From: Xylographa opegraphella
Lineage: Eukaryota
Length of the DNA: 64,000 bases
Direction: 5' to 3'
Assembly (NCBI GenBank): GCA_022813865.1
Contig: JALDZX010000009.1
Span: 310,001 to 374,000, forward strand
The notes beneath the pieces were generated by a model, which saw only the letters and a list, made by a program, of their open reading frames with translations, did no database searches and was not told the origin of the DNA. Shown here in pieces: positions 62,580 through 64,000 of the stretch. Both the position numbers and the translations under genes were made by a program. How positions within the stretch are numbered: the first letter of the stretch is position 1; every line of letters starts with the position of its first letter.

Positions 62580-64000
62580 ATGTTTACACACCTATTGTCC
62601 GCCGCTGCAGTTTTTGCCACTATTGCCGTTCGCACCGCATCTGCTATACCTACCATATCACAGGTGGGCTCGAAGTTCTTCACCTCAGATGGCAAGCAAT
62701 TCTACATCAAAGGCAAGACATCAAGCTCACTTGTTCTCGACGCAACCTAACGGGTCCCCATAGGTGTTGCCTATCAGCTAACGGGTGAGGCCTTCTGCTA
62801 TGCGCCCTCCTACTTGGTCTGATAAAGTGCTCATCTCTCGATAAGAGGCCGATCCTTTGATCGATACCAATCAGTGTCAGCTCGATGCTTCTCTTATGCA
62901 GCAGCTAGGTGCCAACACGATCCGAGTTTACCACGTTGACGCCAGTGCCAACCACGATGGCTGTATGTCGGCGTTTTCAGACGCTGGTATCTACTTATTC
63001 GTCGATCTGGATACGTTCAATACAGCGATAATTCAGGTAATACAGTCAGCCATGAGAGCAGTTGGCCAATACTTACATCGCGCTTCAGGAGGATCCTATG
63101 TTCAATCAAACCCAGCTGAATGATTTCCAAGCAGTGCTAGACACATTTCAGGTAGGACCTGAATGTACAAGCAGGATCTAAGATTGTCGGTGCTGAATTA
63201 TCACACAGCAATATGACAACCTTGCTGGAGTGTTCGTAGGAAACGAAGTTGTTAACTTCGGTACGAACCTTAAGGGAATATATCCGCATCGTCGCTAATC
63301 TCTGAGTCTAGCTAATGGCTCAGTCTCTGCTCCGTACATCAAAGCTGCAGCACGAGATGTTAAAGCTCACCGTGACTCGAAAGGATACCGACCGATTCCG
63401 GTTGGGTATTCAGCGGGTATGCTGGTTCACGGTTCTCTAATGCTGGAACACGGCTGACAAATATCCAGCTGATATTGCTGAGTTACGACCGTACCTGCAA
63501 AACTTCCTTGCCTGTGGTGGTGATCCTTCAGCGACTGTTGATTTCTTCTCCTTGAACGCTTACGAGTGGTGCGGTCCCGCTTCATATACCTCGTCTGGAT
63601 ACTCGCAACTCCAGGTAAACGCTTCGGATTATCCGCTCCCAATCTTCTTCTCGGAAACTGGCTGCAATACTGTTCCACCTAGGACTTTCTTAGATCAGGC
63701 AGCTATCTTCGGATCAGAGATGGTCGATACATGGTCTGGTGCTATCATATACGAATGGATCGAAGAGGCAAACAACTATGGTCTCATCAGCTACGGCCCC
63801 GAAGTTGCTGCAACTGCGACTGAGGGTGTAGGAGGCTTCATACGATCAGGGACTCCGACTCCGATTTCACCGGATTTTACAAATCTGAAGAACCAATGGG
63901 CTACTCTGACCCCTACGGGTGTATCACTCTCCGTATACTCCGTGTCTGTCTCCCGCCTTTCAACGCCTGCATGCCCAACCTCAACGCCAAATGGCTGGCT
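62580..64000 (+). CDS. GH72 1,3-beta-glucanosyltransferase (Gel/Gas family), truncated by the window end
   Basis: Signal peptide, QFYIKGVAYQ, GANTIRVY, AGIYLFVDL, GNEV, VGYSAAD, NAYEWCG, FFSETGCN and WSGAIIYEW. Six introns, the first of which is GC-AG (62713-62763). Confidence 0.93.

Overview
Intron-rich filamentous ascomycete (Pezizomycotina-type) genomic DNA. I modelled about 20 protein-coding loci by hand. From left to right: a ~7 kb stretch with no recognisable gene, then a Ran1/Pat1-like kinase. An accessory-looking block (~11-30 kb) follows: decayed ORF remnant, DUF6601-like gene, SesB/DUF676-like lipase fused to a TM helix and Ser/Thr stalk, frameshifted MFS transporter, MITE with ~130-bp TIRs, frameshifted alkylcitrate-synthase-like gene, intronless EthA-like monooxygenase, and a HeLo-like/NACHT/ankyrin NLR. 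A housekeeping block comes next: DPM1, SDR, GT15 mannosyltransferase, adenylosuccinate synthetase, CoA-transferase III, a Rum1-like CDK inhibitor candidate and a pseudokinase. The right end has an orphan secreted protein, a conserved hypothetical gene, an AsaB/CmcJ-like enzyme, aldose 1-epimerase, GH5 mannanase and a GH72 gene that runs off the window. The strongest unusual signal is a 50-nt AT-AC intron with U2-type signals that splits the GTTKKGIGP motif of adenylosuccinate synthetase. Also notable are the receptor-like membrane-anchored SesB lipase and the Rum1-like protein. I found no supportable rRNA, tRNA or CRISPR features. Family calls come from motif recognition, not database searches. 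An 'n' at 6940 shows this is a draft consensus, so single-base frameshifts need read confirmation.
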